A DNA stretch of 64,000 bases from an uncultured Actinomycetota bacterium. GTDB lineage: Bacteria > Actinomycetota > Actinomycetes > Propionibacteriales > Nocardioidaceae. The stretch is from positions 94,263-158,262 of the forward strand of contig CAWCHD010000010.1 in NCBI GenBank assembly GCA_963795275.1, in the 5' to 3' direction. The first letter of the stretch is position 1. Every line of letters begins with the position of its first letter. This document shows, piece by piece, positions 1 to 10,111 of this stretch. The notes below the pieces were generated by a model. It searched no databases. It worked only from the letters and a program-made list of their open reading frames with translations, and was not told where the DNA came from. A program made the position numbers and the translations under genes.

Positions 1-768
1 CACGTGCTGCTGGTCGACAACGGGTCCGACGACGGCACCGGCGAGGAGGCGTTGCGGGTCGCGGCCGAGCACGGCCTGTCCGACCGCTTCACGCTGAAGG
101 AGTACCCCTTCCAGGTCGCCCGCGCCGGCGCCGAGCACCTGTCGGTCAACGAGCGCTCGGTCCACTCGCTGGCCTACTTCTACAACTGGTGCTTCTCCCA
201 CGTCCGCACCCGCTACTCGTGGAAGTGGGACGGCGACATGGTCCTCACCACCGAGGGCGAGGTGTCGATGGCCGACCTGTCGTGGCAGGTCGGGATGGCC
301 GAGGCGGTCATCCGCTTCCCGCGCCACGGGCTCTACATCGAGTCCGACCGCAAGGCCTACCTCGACCTCGGCCTGCGCAACATCGAGGAGTGGGGCTTCC
401 CGATGAGCCCCGACTACGTCTACACCAAGGCGCCGGAGTGGGAGATCCGCACGACGCCCGACCGGATCGAGCAGTTCGCGCTGCCGCAGGGCCTCTGCGT
501 CGAGCTCAAGTGGCTCGACGGCGACGAGTTCGCCCACTGGACCAACCCCGAGTCGTTCGCCACGTCGATCCGCAACCGCCGCAAGCGCCGCGAGTGGCTG
601 GTCTGGAACGCGCTCCACGACGGCGAGGTCCCCGAGGGGGTCGTCGAGATCGTCGCCCCCGAGGGCGAGCACGTGGTCGACCACGTCACCCACACCTGGC
701 TCCCGCGCGCCCCGCGGCCGTTCGTCGTCGACGACCCCGACCACGCCCAGCTGCACCTGCGCGCCTGA
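1..768 (+). CDS. Glycosyltransferase family 2-like protein, 5' end outside window
   Basis: Open frame from window start; VLLVDNGSDDGT motif and WKWDGD (DxD) typical of GT-A fold. Confidence 0.65.
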   Translation, partial: HVLLVDNGSDDGTGEEALRVAAEHGLSDRFTLKEYPFQVARAGAEHLSVNERSVHSLAYFYNWCFSHVRTRYSWKWDGDMVLTTEGEVSMADLSWQVGMAEAVIRFPRHGLYIESDRKAYLDLGLRNIEEWGFPMSPDYVYTKAPEWEIRTTPDRIEQFALPQGLCVELKWLDGDEFAHWTNPESFATSIRNRRKRREWLVWNALHDGEVPEGVVEIVAPEGEHVVDHVTHTWLPRAPRPFVVDDPDHAQLHLRA

Positions 769-887
769 GGCGCCACGTGGCGCGCGTCACCCCTCCGGAC
801 CGTTCCCACCGCGGAATCCGCAGGCGTAGGCTCGGTGTTGATCGCAGTAGATCGGTACCCGCGAGGGACTGAAACGAAGAGGTCGAC

Positions 888-1790
888 ATGAGCAGCACGT
901 TCCGCATCGGTGTCATCGGCGCAGGCCGCGTGGGCGCCGTCCTGGCCGCAGCCCTCCGCGCAGCCGGCCACGAGGTCGTCGCCGCCGCAGGCGAGTCCGA
1001 CGCCTCGCGCCGTCGCATCGACGAGCTGCTTCCCGGGGTCGAGGTGGCCAAGCCCACCGACGTCGCCCGCCGCAGCGACCTGCTGCTGCTCACCGTCCCC
1101 GACGACATGCTGTCCAACGTCGTCACCATGCTCAGCGCCAGCGGTGCGATCAGCGAGGGCCAGGTCGTCGTCCACACGAGCGGCCGCCACGGCCTCGCCG
1201 TGCTCGAGCCCGCCCGCGAGGTCGGTGCCCGCACCGTCGCGATGCACCCGGCGATGACCTTCACCGGCACCGACGTCGACCTGCCCCGCCTCGCGGGCTG
1301 CGTCTTCGGCGTCACCGCGGACCCCGCCGACCGTGAGCTGACCGAGGGCCTCGTGGCCGACCTCGGCGGCCGCCCGATGTGGGTGCCCGAGGACCGCCGC
1401 ACGCTCTACCACGCGGGTCTCGCCCACGGTGCGAACCACCTCGTCACGCTCGTCGCCGAGGCGATGGAGATCCTGTCCGCCGCCGGTGCCGACGACCCGG
1501 CCGCGACGCTGCGGCCGCTGCTGACCGCGGCGCTCGACAACGCGCTCGACCAGGGCGACGCCGCCCTGACCGGCCCGATCGTCCGCGGTGACGTCGAGAC
1601 CGTCCGCGCCCACCTCGCCGACCTGGCGGCCAACGCGCCGCAGACGCTTCCGTCCTACCTCGCGATGGCGCACGCCACCCTCGACCGCGCCGTCACCGAC
1701 GGCCGGCTGCTGCCGATCCGCGCGGCGAAGATGCTGCGGGTGCTCGACGCCGCCGAGTCCGACGCCCGGGTCGAGCACCGCACGTCATGA
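888..1790 (+). CDS. Rossmann-like/DUF2520 protein (PanG-type ketopantoate reductase candidate)
   Basis: GVIGAGRVG dinucleotide motif, [25 protein letters not shown]; first gene of the pan operon. Confidence 0.8.
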   Translation: MSSTFRIGVIGAGRVGAVLAAALRAAGHEVVAAAGESDASRRRIDELLPGVEVAKPTDVARRSDLLLLTVPDDMLSNVVTMLSASGAISEGQVVVHTSGRHGLAVLEPAREVGARTVAMHPAMTFTGTDVDLPRLAGCVFGVTADPADRELTEGLVADLGGRPMWVPEDRRTLYHAGLAHGANHLVTLVAEAMEILSAAGADDPAATLRPLLTAALDNALDQGDAALTGPIVRGDVETVRAHLADLAANAPQTLPSYLAMAHATLDRAVTDGRLLPIRAAKMLRVLDAAESDARVEHRTS

Positions 1791-2716
1791 CCTCGAGCCC
1801 CGTCCTCGCGAGCACCCGCGAGGAGCTCGCCGGCCTGCTCGCGGACGCCCGTCGATCGGGCGAGAAGGTCGCCTTCGTCCCGACGATGGGAGCCCTGCAC
1901 GAGGGCCACGCCAGCCTGATGCGTACGGCTCGCGCGTCGACCACCGGTCCCGTGGTCGTGAGCATCTTCGTCAACCCGATGCAGTTCGCCCCGACCGAGG
2001 ACCTCGACCGCTACCCCCGCACGCTCGACGCCGACCTCGAGGTCTGCGCGGCCGAGGGTGTCGACGTGGTCTTCGCGCCGAGCGTCGAGGAGATGTACCC
2101 CGGCGGCTTCAGCCACGACTCGGTCCACGACGGCGTGACCGTCGCCCCCGGCGCCCTCGCCACGATCCTCGACGGGGAGTCGCGCCCCGGGCACTTCGAC
2201 GGCGTGCTGACGGTCGTCGCCAAGCTCTTCGGCCTGGTCCGTCCCGACGTCGCGGTCTTCGGGCAGAAGGACTACCAGCAGCTCACCCTCATCCGCCGGA
2301 TGGTGCGCGACCTCTGCATGGGCATCGAGGTCGTCGGCGCCGAGACGGTCCGCGAGCCCGACGGCCTCGCGCTCTCGAGCCGCAACCGCTACCTCGACGC
2401 CGAGCAGCGGCAGACCGCGGCGGCCCTCAGCAGGGCGCTGCGTGCCGCGCAGGAGCGGGCACCGTACGGCGTACCTGCCGCGCGCTGGGCCGCGATGTCG
2501 GTCCTCAACGTCGAGCCCGGTCTCGAGCTCGACTACCTCGCCCTCACCTCGCCCGACCTCGGGCCGGCCCCGGAGACCGGCGAGGGCCGGATCCTGGTGG
2601 CGGCCAGGGTCGGCACCACGCGCCTGATCGACAACATGGCGATCGATCTCGATCGGATCGCCGCACCGGCGGGGACCGCGTCCGCGGCCTCGACCACCTC
2701 GGAAGGGAACGACTGA
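1787..2716 (+). CDS. panC: Pantoate--beta-alanine ligase
   Basis: [50 protein letters not shown]. Confidence 0.97.
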   Translation: MTSSPVLASTREELAGLLADARRSGEKVAFVPTMGALHEGHASLMRTARASTTGPVVVSIFVNPMQFAPTEDLDRYPRTLDADLEVCAAEGVDVVFAPSVEEMYPGGFSHDSVHDGVTVAPGALATILDGESRPGHFDGVLTVVAKLFGLVRPDVAVFGQKDYQQLTLIRRMVRDLCMGIEVVGAETVREPDGLALSSRNRYLDAEQRQTAAALSRALRAAQERAPYGVPAARWAAMSVLNVEPGLELDYLALTSPDLGPAPETGEGRILVAARVGTTRLIDNMAIDLDRIAAPAGTASAASTTSEGND

Positions 2717-3132
2717 TGCTGCGCACGATGATGAAGTCCAAGATCCACCGGGCCACGGTCACCCAGGCCGACCTGCACTACGTCGGCTCGGTGACCGTCG
2801 ACGAGGACCTGCTCGACGCCGCCGACCTGCTGGCCGGCGAGCTCGTCCACATCGTCGACGTGACCAACGGCGCCCGCCTCGAGACCTACACGATCGCCGG
2901 CGAGCGCGGCTCCGGCGTGATCGGCATCAACGGCGCCGCCGCCCGCCTGGTGCACCCGGGGGACACCGTGATCCTGATCGGCTACGGCCAGATGGACACC
3001 GCGGAGGCCAAGGCGCTCGAGCCGCACGTCGTCTTCGTCGACGCCGACAACCGGGTCGTGGCGACCGGCCACGACCCGGCCGAGACGTTCGGCGACGACG
3101 CGCTCGTGCGCGGCGACCTCGTCGCTCGCTAG
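2716..3132 (+). CDS. panD: Aspartate 1-decarboxylase
   Basis: [43 protein letters not shown]; ATG overlaps the panC stop. Confidence 0.97.
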   Translation: MLRTMMKSKIHRATVTQADLHYVGSVTVDEDLLDAADLLAGELVHIVDVTNGARLETYTIAGERGSGVIGINGAAARLVHPGDTVILIGYGQMDTAEAKALEPHVVFVDADNRVVATGHDPAETFGDDALVRGDLVAR

Positions 3133-3141
3133 CCTGCCGGG

Positions 3142-4816
3142 ATGACTCCACACCGGCCGGTCCCCGGCCGCCTCCGCGCGCCCGCGCCCGGCTGGACCAC
3201 GCGCGCCGACGTCGTGGTCGTCGGCTCCGGCATCGCCGGCCTCACCGCCGCGCTGCGGATCCACGCCGCCGACCCCTCGCTCCACCTGCTGGTCGTCACC
3301 AAGGACGTGCTCGCCGCGGGGTCGACCCAGTGGGCGCAGGGCGGCATCGCGGCCGCCCTCGGCCCGGGCGACACCCCCGAGCAGCACGAGCGCGACACCC
3401 TCGTCGCCGGCGCGGGGGCGTGCGACGTCGAGGCCGTACGGATCCTGGTGACCGAGGGCCCCGAGGCCGTCCGCGAGCTGATCGCGCTCGGCACGCAGTT
3501 CGACCACCACCCCGACGGCGAGCTGTCGCTGACCCGCGAGGGCGGCCACCACCGCGACCGGATCGCCCACGCCGGCGGGGACGCCACCGGCGCGGAGATC
3601 CAGCGCGCCCTGATCGCAGCGGTCGAGCGCGCGCCGGAGATCGAGGTCGTCCAGCACGCGCTGGCCGTCGACCTCCTGCGCTCCGCCGACGGCGGCATCG
3701 CCGGACTGACGCTCCACGTGCTCGGCGAGGGCCAGCACGACGGCGTCGGTGCCGTGCACTGCCGGGCAGTGGTCCTCGCCTCCGGTGGCCTCGGCCAGGT
3801 CTTCAGCCAGTCGACCAACCCGAGCGTGTCGACGGGCGACGGGATGGCGGTCGCGCTGCGCGCCGGCGCCCGCCTGCGCGACCTCGAGTTCGTCCAGTTC
3901 CACCCGACGGTGATGTGGCTCGGACCGGACTCCCAGGGCCAGCAGCCGCTGATCTCGGAGGCCGTCCGCGGCGAGGGCGCGTTCCTCGTCGACTTCGACG
4001 GCAACCGCTTCATGCAGGGCGAGCACGAGCTGGCCGACCTCGCCCCGCGCGACGTCGTCGCCAAGGCGATCACCCGCCGGATGATCGAGTCCGGCCAGCC
4101 GCACATGTGGCTCGACGCCCGCCACCTCGGCGCAGGCCTTCTGGGAGCGTCGCTTCCCGACCATCCTCCGGGTCTGCCGCGAGCACGGCGTCGACCCGGT
4201 CACCGAGCTGATCCCGGTCGCGCCCGCCCAGCACTACGCGTCCGGCGGCGTCGCGACCGACCTCTGGGGGCGTACGTCCGTGCCGGGCCTCTACGCCACC
4301 GGCGAGGTCGCCTGCTCCGGGGTGCACGGCGCCAACCGGCTGGCGTCCAACTCCCTGCTCGAGGGCCTCGTCTTCTCCCGCCGGATCGCCGACGTGCTGC
4401 CCGCCGAGCTGCGGGCCTGGGCGGAGCCCGCGGAGGACCACCGGCCGGAGGGCCTGGTCGACGGCGAGCGCCGCCGGGCGATGCAGGACGTGATGACCAC
4501 CCGCGTCGGGGTGCTGCGCCACGCGGCCGGCCTCGCCGAGGCGATCGACCTCCTCGGCGCCGTCGACCCGGGCGACCCGGCCGTCGGCCCGCCCGCCTGG
4601 GAGACCAGCAACCTCCACACGATCAGCACCGCGCTCGCCGCAGCGGCCGCGATCCGCACCGAGACCCGCGGGTCGCACTGGCGCGAGGACTTCCCCGACC
4701 GCGACGACGCGAAGGCCGGGCACATCGACTCCTGGATCGACCCCGACGGCAGCATCCGCGCCGAGTGGACGTACGCGCCCTCGACGGATCCCTCCACCGC
4801 CGAGGTGACCGCATGA
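3142..4816 (+). CDS. nadB: L-aspartate oxidase (frameshift near 4135-4145, probably sequencing indel)
   Basis: VVGSGIAG, STQWAQGGIAA, TREGGH, QFHPT, LAPRDVV; then in a second frame GLYATGEVACSGVHGANRLASNSLLEG and ETRGSHWREDFP. Confidence 0.93.
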
Positions 4817-5715
4817 CGAGCCCGGCCGACGTGCCCGCCGACCTCCGTGACGAGATCACCGCAGCCGGGCTCGACCTCGACCACGTCTGGGACACGATCG
4901 CCCGCGCCCTGGCCGAGGACCTCCCCGCCGAGCCGCACGAGGACCCGACGAGCTCCTCGACGGTCCCGCTCGACGCCCGCGGCGAGGCGGTCTTCGCCGC
5001 GCGCGAGGACGGCGTGGTCGCCGGGCTCGGGGTCGCCGCCGTCACGTTCTTCATGCTCGGCGCGGACGCCACGATCTCCGACCGGGTGGCCGACGGCACC
5101 CGCGTGGCGAAGGGCGATGTGGTGATGCGGGTCGCCGGCCTGACCCAGCGGATGCTCGTGGCCGAGCGCACCGCACTCAACCTCGCCTGCCACCTGTCCG
5201 GCATCGCGACCGCGACCTCGCGGTGGGTGGACGCCCTGGAGGGCTCCCCGACCCGGGTCCTCGACACCCGCAAGACGCTGCCCGGCCTGCGCGCGCTGCA
5301 GAAGTACGCCGTCCGCTGCGGCGGCGGGGTCAACCACCGCACCAGCCTCCAGGACATGGCGATGGTCAAGGACAACCACGTCATCGCCGCCGGCGGCGTC
5401 GTCCCGGCGCTCGCGGCGATCCGCGACGGCCACCCCGGTCTGCCGGTCGAGGTGGAGGTCACGACGCTCGACCAGCTCGAGGAGCTCCTGGCCCTGCCCG
5501 AGCCGCCGGAGCGGATCCTGCTCGACAACATGACCGACGAGCTGATGACGGAGGCCGTCCGCCGTACCGCCGGCCGGGTGCCCCTCGAGGCCAGCGGCGG
5601 GATCACCCTCGAGCGCGCCGCGCGCATCGGTGCCACCGGCGTGGACTTCGTCTCCGTCGGGGCCCTCACCCACTCGGTCGTCGTGTTCGACCTGGGCATG
5701 GACCTGACGGCATGA
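4813..5715 (+). CDS. nadC: Nicotinate-nucleotide diphosphorylase (carboxylating)
   Basis: ERTALN, SGIATAT, DTRKTLPGLR, NHR, KDNH, EVEV, LLDN, EASGG, SVGALTHS; ATGA overlap with nadB. Confidence 0.96.
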   Translation: MTSPADVPADLRDEITAAGLDLDHVWDTIARALAEDLPAEPHEDPTSSSTVPLDARGEAVFAAREDGVVAGLGVAAVTFFMLGADATISDRVADGTRVAKGDVVMRVAGLTQRMLVAERTALNLACHLSGIATATSRWVDALEGSPTRVLDTRKTLPGLRALQKYAVRCGGGVNHRTSLQDMAMVKDNHVIAAGGVVPALAAIRDGHPGLPVEVEVTTLDQLEELLALPEPPERILLDNMTDELMTEAVRRTAGRVPLEASGGITLERAARIGATGVDFVSVGALTHSVVVFDLGMDLTA

Positions 5716-6482
5716 GCCTCCTCGCGGCCGACATCGGCAACAGCCACACCTTCGTGGGCCTCCTCGACGGCGACGAGGTGACCGACCACTGGCGGGTCAA
5801 CACCGACGAGCGCCGCACCGCCGACGAGTGGGGCGTGCTGCTGCGCGGCCTCCTCGCCGAGCGCGCCGACGACGTCGACGGCATCGCCGTCTGCGCGACG
5901 GTGCCGTCCGTGCTGCACGAGTGGCGCGAGATGCTCGAGCGCCACTTCGGCGACGTGCCCGCGCTCGTCGTCGAGCCGGGTGTGCGGACCGGTCTCCCGG
6001 TGCTGATGGACAACCCGCGCGAGGTCGGCACCGACCGCATCGTGAACTCGCTCGCCGCCGCCACCCTCCACGGCGGTCCGGCGATCGTCGTCGACTTCGG
6101 CACCGCGACGACGTTCGACGTGGTCAACGCCAAGGGGCAGTACGTCGGTGGCGCCATCTCGCCCGGCATCGAGATCTCCCTCGAGGCGCTCGGGCGGCGC
6201 GGTGCGCAGCTGCGCAAGGTCGAGCTCGCGCGCCCGCGGACCGTGATCGCGAAGAACACCGTGGAGGCACTGCAGAGCGGCATGATCTTCGGCGTCGCGG
6301 CCCAGGTGGAGGGCCTGGTCGCGCGGATGATCGCCGAGCTGGGTGTCACACCTGATGACGTCACCGTCATTTCCACCGGCCATTTCGCATCGCTCCTCAT
6401 CGATGACTGCCGGTGTTTCACGGTGAATTCCCCGTGGTTGACTCTTCAAGGTTTGCGACTGGTGTTCGAACGCAATTCCTGA
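5712..6482 (+). CDS. coaX: Type III pantothenate kinase
   Basis: LLAADIGNSHT, DNPREVGTDR, VVDFGTATTFD, GGAISPG, LTLQGL. Confidence 0.95.
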   Translation: MSLLAADIGNSHTFVGLLDGDEVTDHWRVNTDERRTADEWGVLLRGLLAERADDVDGIAVCATVPSVLHEWREMLERHFGDVPALVVEPGVRTGLPVLMDNPREVGTDRIVNSLAAATLHGGPAIVVDFGTATTFDVVNAKGQYVGGAISPGIEISLEALGRRGAQLRKVELARPRTVIAKNTVEALQSGMIFGVAAQVEGLVARMIAELGVTPDDVTVISTGHFASLLIDDCRCFTVNSPWLTLQGLRLVFERNS

Positions 6483-6600
6483 GACGCGGGTCAAGCCATT
6501 CCTGACTTCCTTTTCGCCTTTTGTGCAGGTGTGCCTTTCCTGCCACACTGCATTCGATGCGTTTGGCCCCGAGCGCTCAATGAGGGAAAAGGAATTCGAC

Positions 6601-6931
6601 ATGGCACAGAAGGTCAACATCGTCCTCGTCGACGATCTCGACGGCACCGAAGCGACCGAGACCGTGACGTTCGGCCTCGACGGCACCACCTACGAGATCG
6701 ACCTGAACGACGCCAACGCCGCCGCCCTGCGCGAGGCGCTGAGCGGCTACGTGGGTCACGCCCGCAAGGGCTCCGGCGGCGTCGCGCGCGCCGCAGGACG
6801 GGCGCCGGCTCGGCCGCGTCGTCCCCAACACCAAGGACGTCCGCGAGTGGGCCAAGGCCCAGGGCATGGAGGTCTCCGAGCGCGGCCGCATCTCCGCCGA
6901 CGTCCAGCAGGCCTACGACGCCGCGCACTGA
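6601..6931 (+). CDS. lsr2: Lsr2 nucleoid-associated protein (frameshift in linker ~6770-6830)
   Basis: [35 protein letters not shown]; C-terminal [30 protein letters not shown] (RGR AT-hook) in another frame. Confidence 0.93.
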
Positions 6932-6974
6932 GTCCACTGAGTCCACCGCCGGCACCTGGCCGGTGGCCGACGGC

Positions 6975-7792
<818 letters not shown>

Positions 7793-7796
<4 letters not shown>

Positions 7797-8882
7797 TGCG
7801 CCACCGAGGCGGCCGGGGCCGCGTCGACGTGCGCGGCGTAGTCGGACTTCGAACCGACGGCCGTGATGCCGCCCTGGTCGAGCAGGAAGCCGGCGGTGGT
7901 GTGCAGGTCGTCGGCCAGCTTGCCGCCGAGGTAGTCGGGTCCGGCCTGCTCGGCAGCGTCGAGGTAGGTGAGGCCGGCGAACTGCTTCTCCGCCTCGGCC
8001 GGCTCGATGCCGAGCGCGACGGCGACCGACTCGGCCGCGGTGGCGGGGTCGTCCCGGATCATCGTCACGGCGTGGTCCTCGACCTTGGCCCACTGCTCGC
8101 AGGAACTCGGGGTTCTGCTCGGCGAAGGCCGCGTCCACCGTGCCGAGGTCGAAGGTGGGGCGACCGGCCTCGGCGGTGTCGGCGCTGGACAGGATGCGGG
8201 TGCCGCCGTCGGCGAGCAGCACGCTCTGGGTCGGGTCCCAGACCCAGGCGGCGTCGATCTGGTCGCCCTGCCAGGCGCCGGCCATCTTCTCGGGGTCGAG
8301 GTTGATCACCTCGACGTCCTTGTCCGGGTCGAGCCCGGCGTCGATGAGCGCCTGCAGCAGCGAGTAGTGCGCAGTGCTGCTGAACGGCACTGCGATGGTG
8401 CCGCCCTCGAGGTCCTCGAGGCTCGTCACCGACGGGTCCTTGGCGATCAGCGACTCGGCCTCGCCGATGACGTCGTGGACCCAGATCACGTCGAGGTCGA
8501 CATCGGCGTCGGTGGGGGCGGACGAGGCGATGGTGGCGGGCGAGGAGCCCATGAGTCCGAGGTCGACCTCGCCGGCCGCGTAGTAGCCGACGACGTCGCC
8601 GCCGGACGCCGCCTGCACCCAGCTGATGTCGGCGTTGGGCATGCACGCCTCGAGCAGGCCGAGGTCCTTGACCACGACGTCGGCGTTGGGGACGGCCTGC
8701 CAGGCGATGCGGGCAGTGGTGTCGATCGACTCGTCCGGCGTCCAGGGGCAGGCGGAGTCGCCCTCGGCGGGCGCTGCGGTGGAGGAGCGCCCGGACTCCA
8801 CGCAACCGCTGAGCGTGACGGCGAGGGTGGCGGTGACGGCAGCGGCGCCGAGGAGGCGGCGGTGGTGCGACGGGGACTTCAC
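7793..8882 (-). CDS. Substrate-binding lipoprotein, TauA type (frameshift near 8100)
   Basis: Lipobox LSGC; [38 protein letters not shown], as in taurine-binding TauA. Confidence 0.85.
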
Positions 8883-8981
8883 TGGATCTCCTGGGGTGAG
8901 GGGGGTGAGGGGTGGGAGGGGTGCATCGGATTCGTGGCCGGATGGGCGGCGTGTGGTGCGGGCGGCGTACGGCGGTGGTGC

Positions 8982-9887
8982 TCAGGCCTTGCCCCGCCAC
9001 GGGACCAGGGCCCGCTCGAGGCTGCGCAGGCCGAGGTCGAGCGCGATGGCGGCCAGCCCGATGACGGCGATGCAGGCGACGACGAGGTCACTGCGCAGCT
9101 GCTCGCCGGACAGGTAGGCCAGGCCGCCGATGCCGGGGATGCCGTTGGCGATCTCGGCCGCGACGACCGTGGTCCACGCGAACCCGGTGGCGACCCGGAT
9201 GCCGGTGAGCACGTCCGGCAGCGTCGCCGGGAGGACCACCGCCCAGAGGGTCTGGGGCCGACGGGCGCCCAGGCTCAGCGCGGCGTTGACCTGGTCCTCG
9301 CGCACGCCGCGGACGCTCGCCATCGTCGCCATCGCGATCGGCGGGAACGCGGCGAGGAAGAGCAGCCAGATCTTGGAGGTGTCGCCGATCCCGAACCAGA
9401 CGATCAGCAGGCCGATGTAGGCCAGGGGCGGGAGGGAGCGCAGGAAGCTGAGGTAGGGCTCGAGCAGCGTGCCGAGGAACGTCGTGCCCATCACCAGCCC
9501 GAGCGGCACGCCGAGCGCGATGCCGCCGCCGACGCCGGCGGCGATGCGCTGGAGGCTGGCGAGCAGGTGCTCCCAGAGGTAGTAGTTCTGCTCACCTCGC
9601 ACGATGCGGCTCGACCCGGCGCTGACGGGGTGGTCGGAGTTGGCCCGGACGAAGGCGTCCCAGACCGCCCCGGGGGAGGGGAGGAACAGGGGGCGGACCA
9701 GCCCGGCACGGGTGACGGCCCACCAGGTCCCGAGGAACACCGCGAACGTCGCGAGGTGCAACGCCGTACGCCTCAGCCGCAGGCGCCGCGAGGCACGGCG
9801 ACGCTGGTCGGCGACGACGCGGTCCGCTGCGCGCTCGGTGACGAGCGGCGTCGCGGGGGTCGTCGCGGGGGTCGTGGTGGTGCTCAC
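8982..9887 (-). CDS. ABC transporter permease, TauC/SsuC type
   Basis: [44 protein letters not shown]. Confidence 0.9.
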   Translation of the reverse strand: MSTTTTPATTPATPLVTERAADRVVADQRRRASRRLRLRRTALHLATFAVFLGTWWAVTRAGLVRPLFLPSPGAVWDAFVRANSDHPVSAGSSRIVRGEQNYYLWEHLLASLQRIAAGVGGGIALGVPLGLVMGTTFLGTLLEPYLSFLRSLPPLAYIGLLIVWFGIGDTSKIWLLFLAAFPPIAMATMASVRGVREDQVNAALSLGARRPQTLWAVVLPATLPDVLTGIRVATGFAWTTVVAAEIANGIPGIGGLAYLSGEQLRSDLVVACIAVIGLAAIALDLGLRSLERALVPWRGKA

Positions 9888-9983
9888 GGTGCGGCCTCCG
9901 GGGGTGGTGCGGACATCGCTGGGATCATAACTGTAGTGAATTACTGCAGTATCAATCGGTCCGACCCACGGACGGTGCGCGCC

Positions 9984-10000
9984 GTTCGCTGTCAGCGGAC
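9984..10000 (+). promoter_or_regulatory. ClgR-type binding site upstream of clpC
   Basis: GTTCGC-TGTCA-GCGGAC matches the actinobacterial ClgR motif GTTCGC-N5-GCG, in the expected position. Confidence 0.7.
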
Positions 10001-10018
10001 GGGCTCGTGCGCCGGGTG

Positions 10019-10047
10019 GGAACACGTAGGCTGACATCGGGCGTTGA
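10019..10047 (+). promoter_or_regulatory. SigH/SigR-type promoter of clpC, with overlapping TAGGCT -10
   Basis: GGAAC (10019-10023), 18 nt, CGTTGA (10042-10047); TAGGCT at 10027-10032. Confidence 0.6.
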
Positions 10048-10111
10048 GCCCAGTGTCCGCAACCCGGCGACTGCGCCGAACCGCGGACCACGCAGACGTA
10101 GAGGAGCGCAC

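Noticed and set aside
3142-5715. 857-aa NadB-NadC fusion ORF
   Set aside because: Artefact of the nadB frameshift; the true nadB C-terminus is in another frame and nadC has its own ATGA-coupled start
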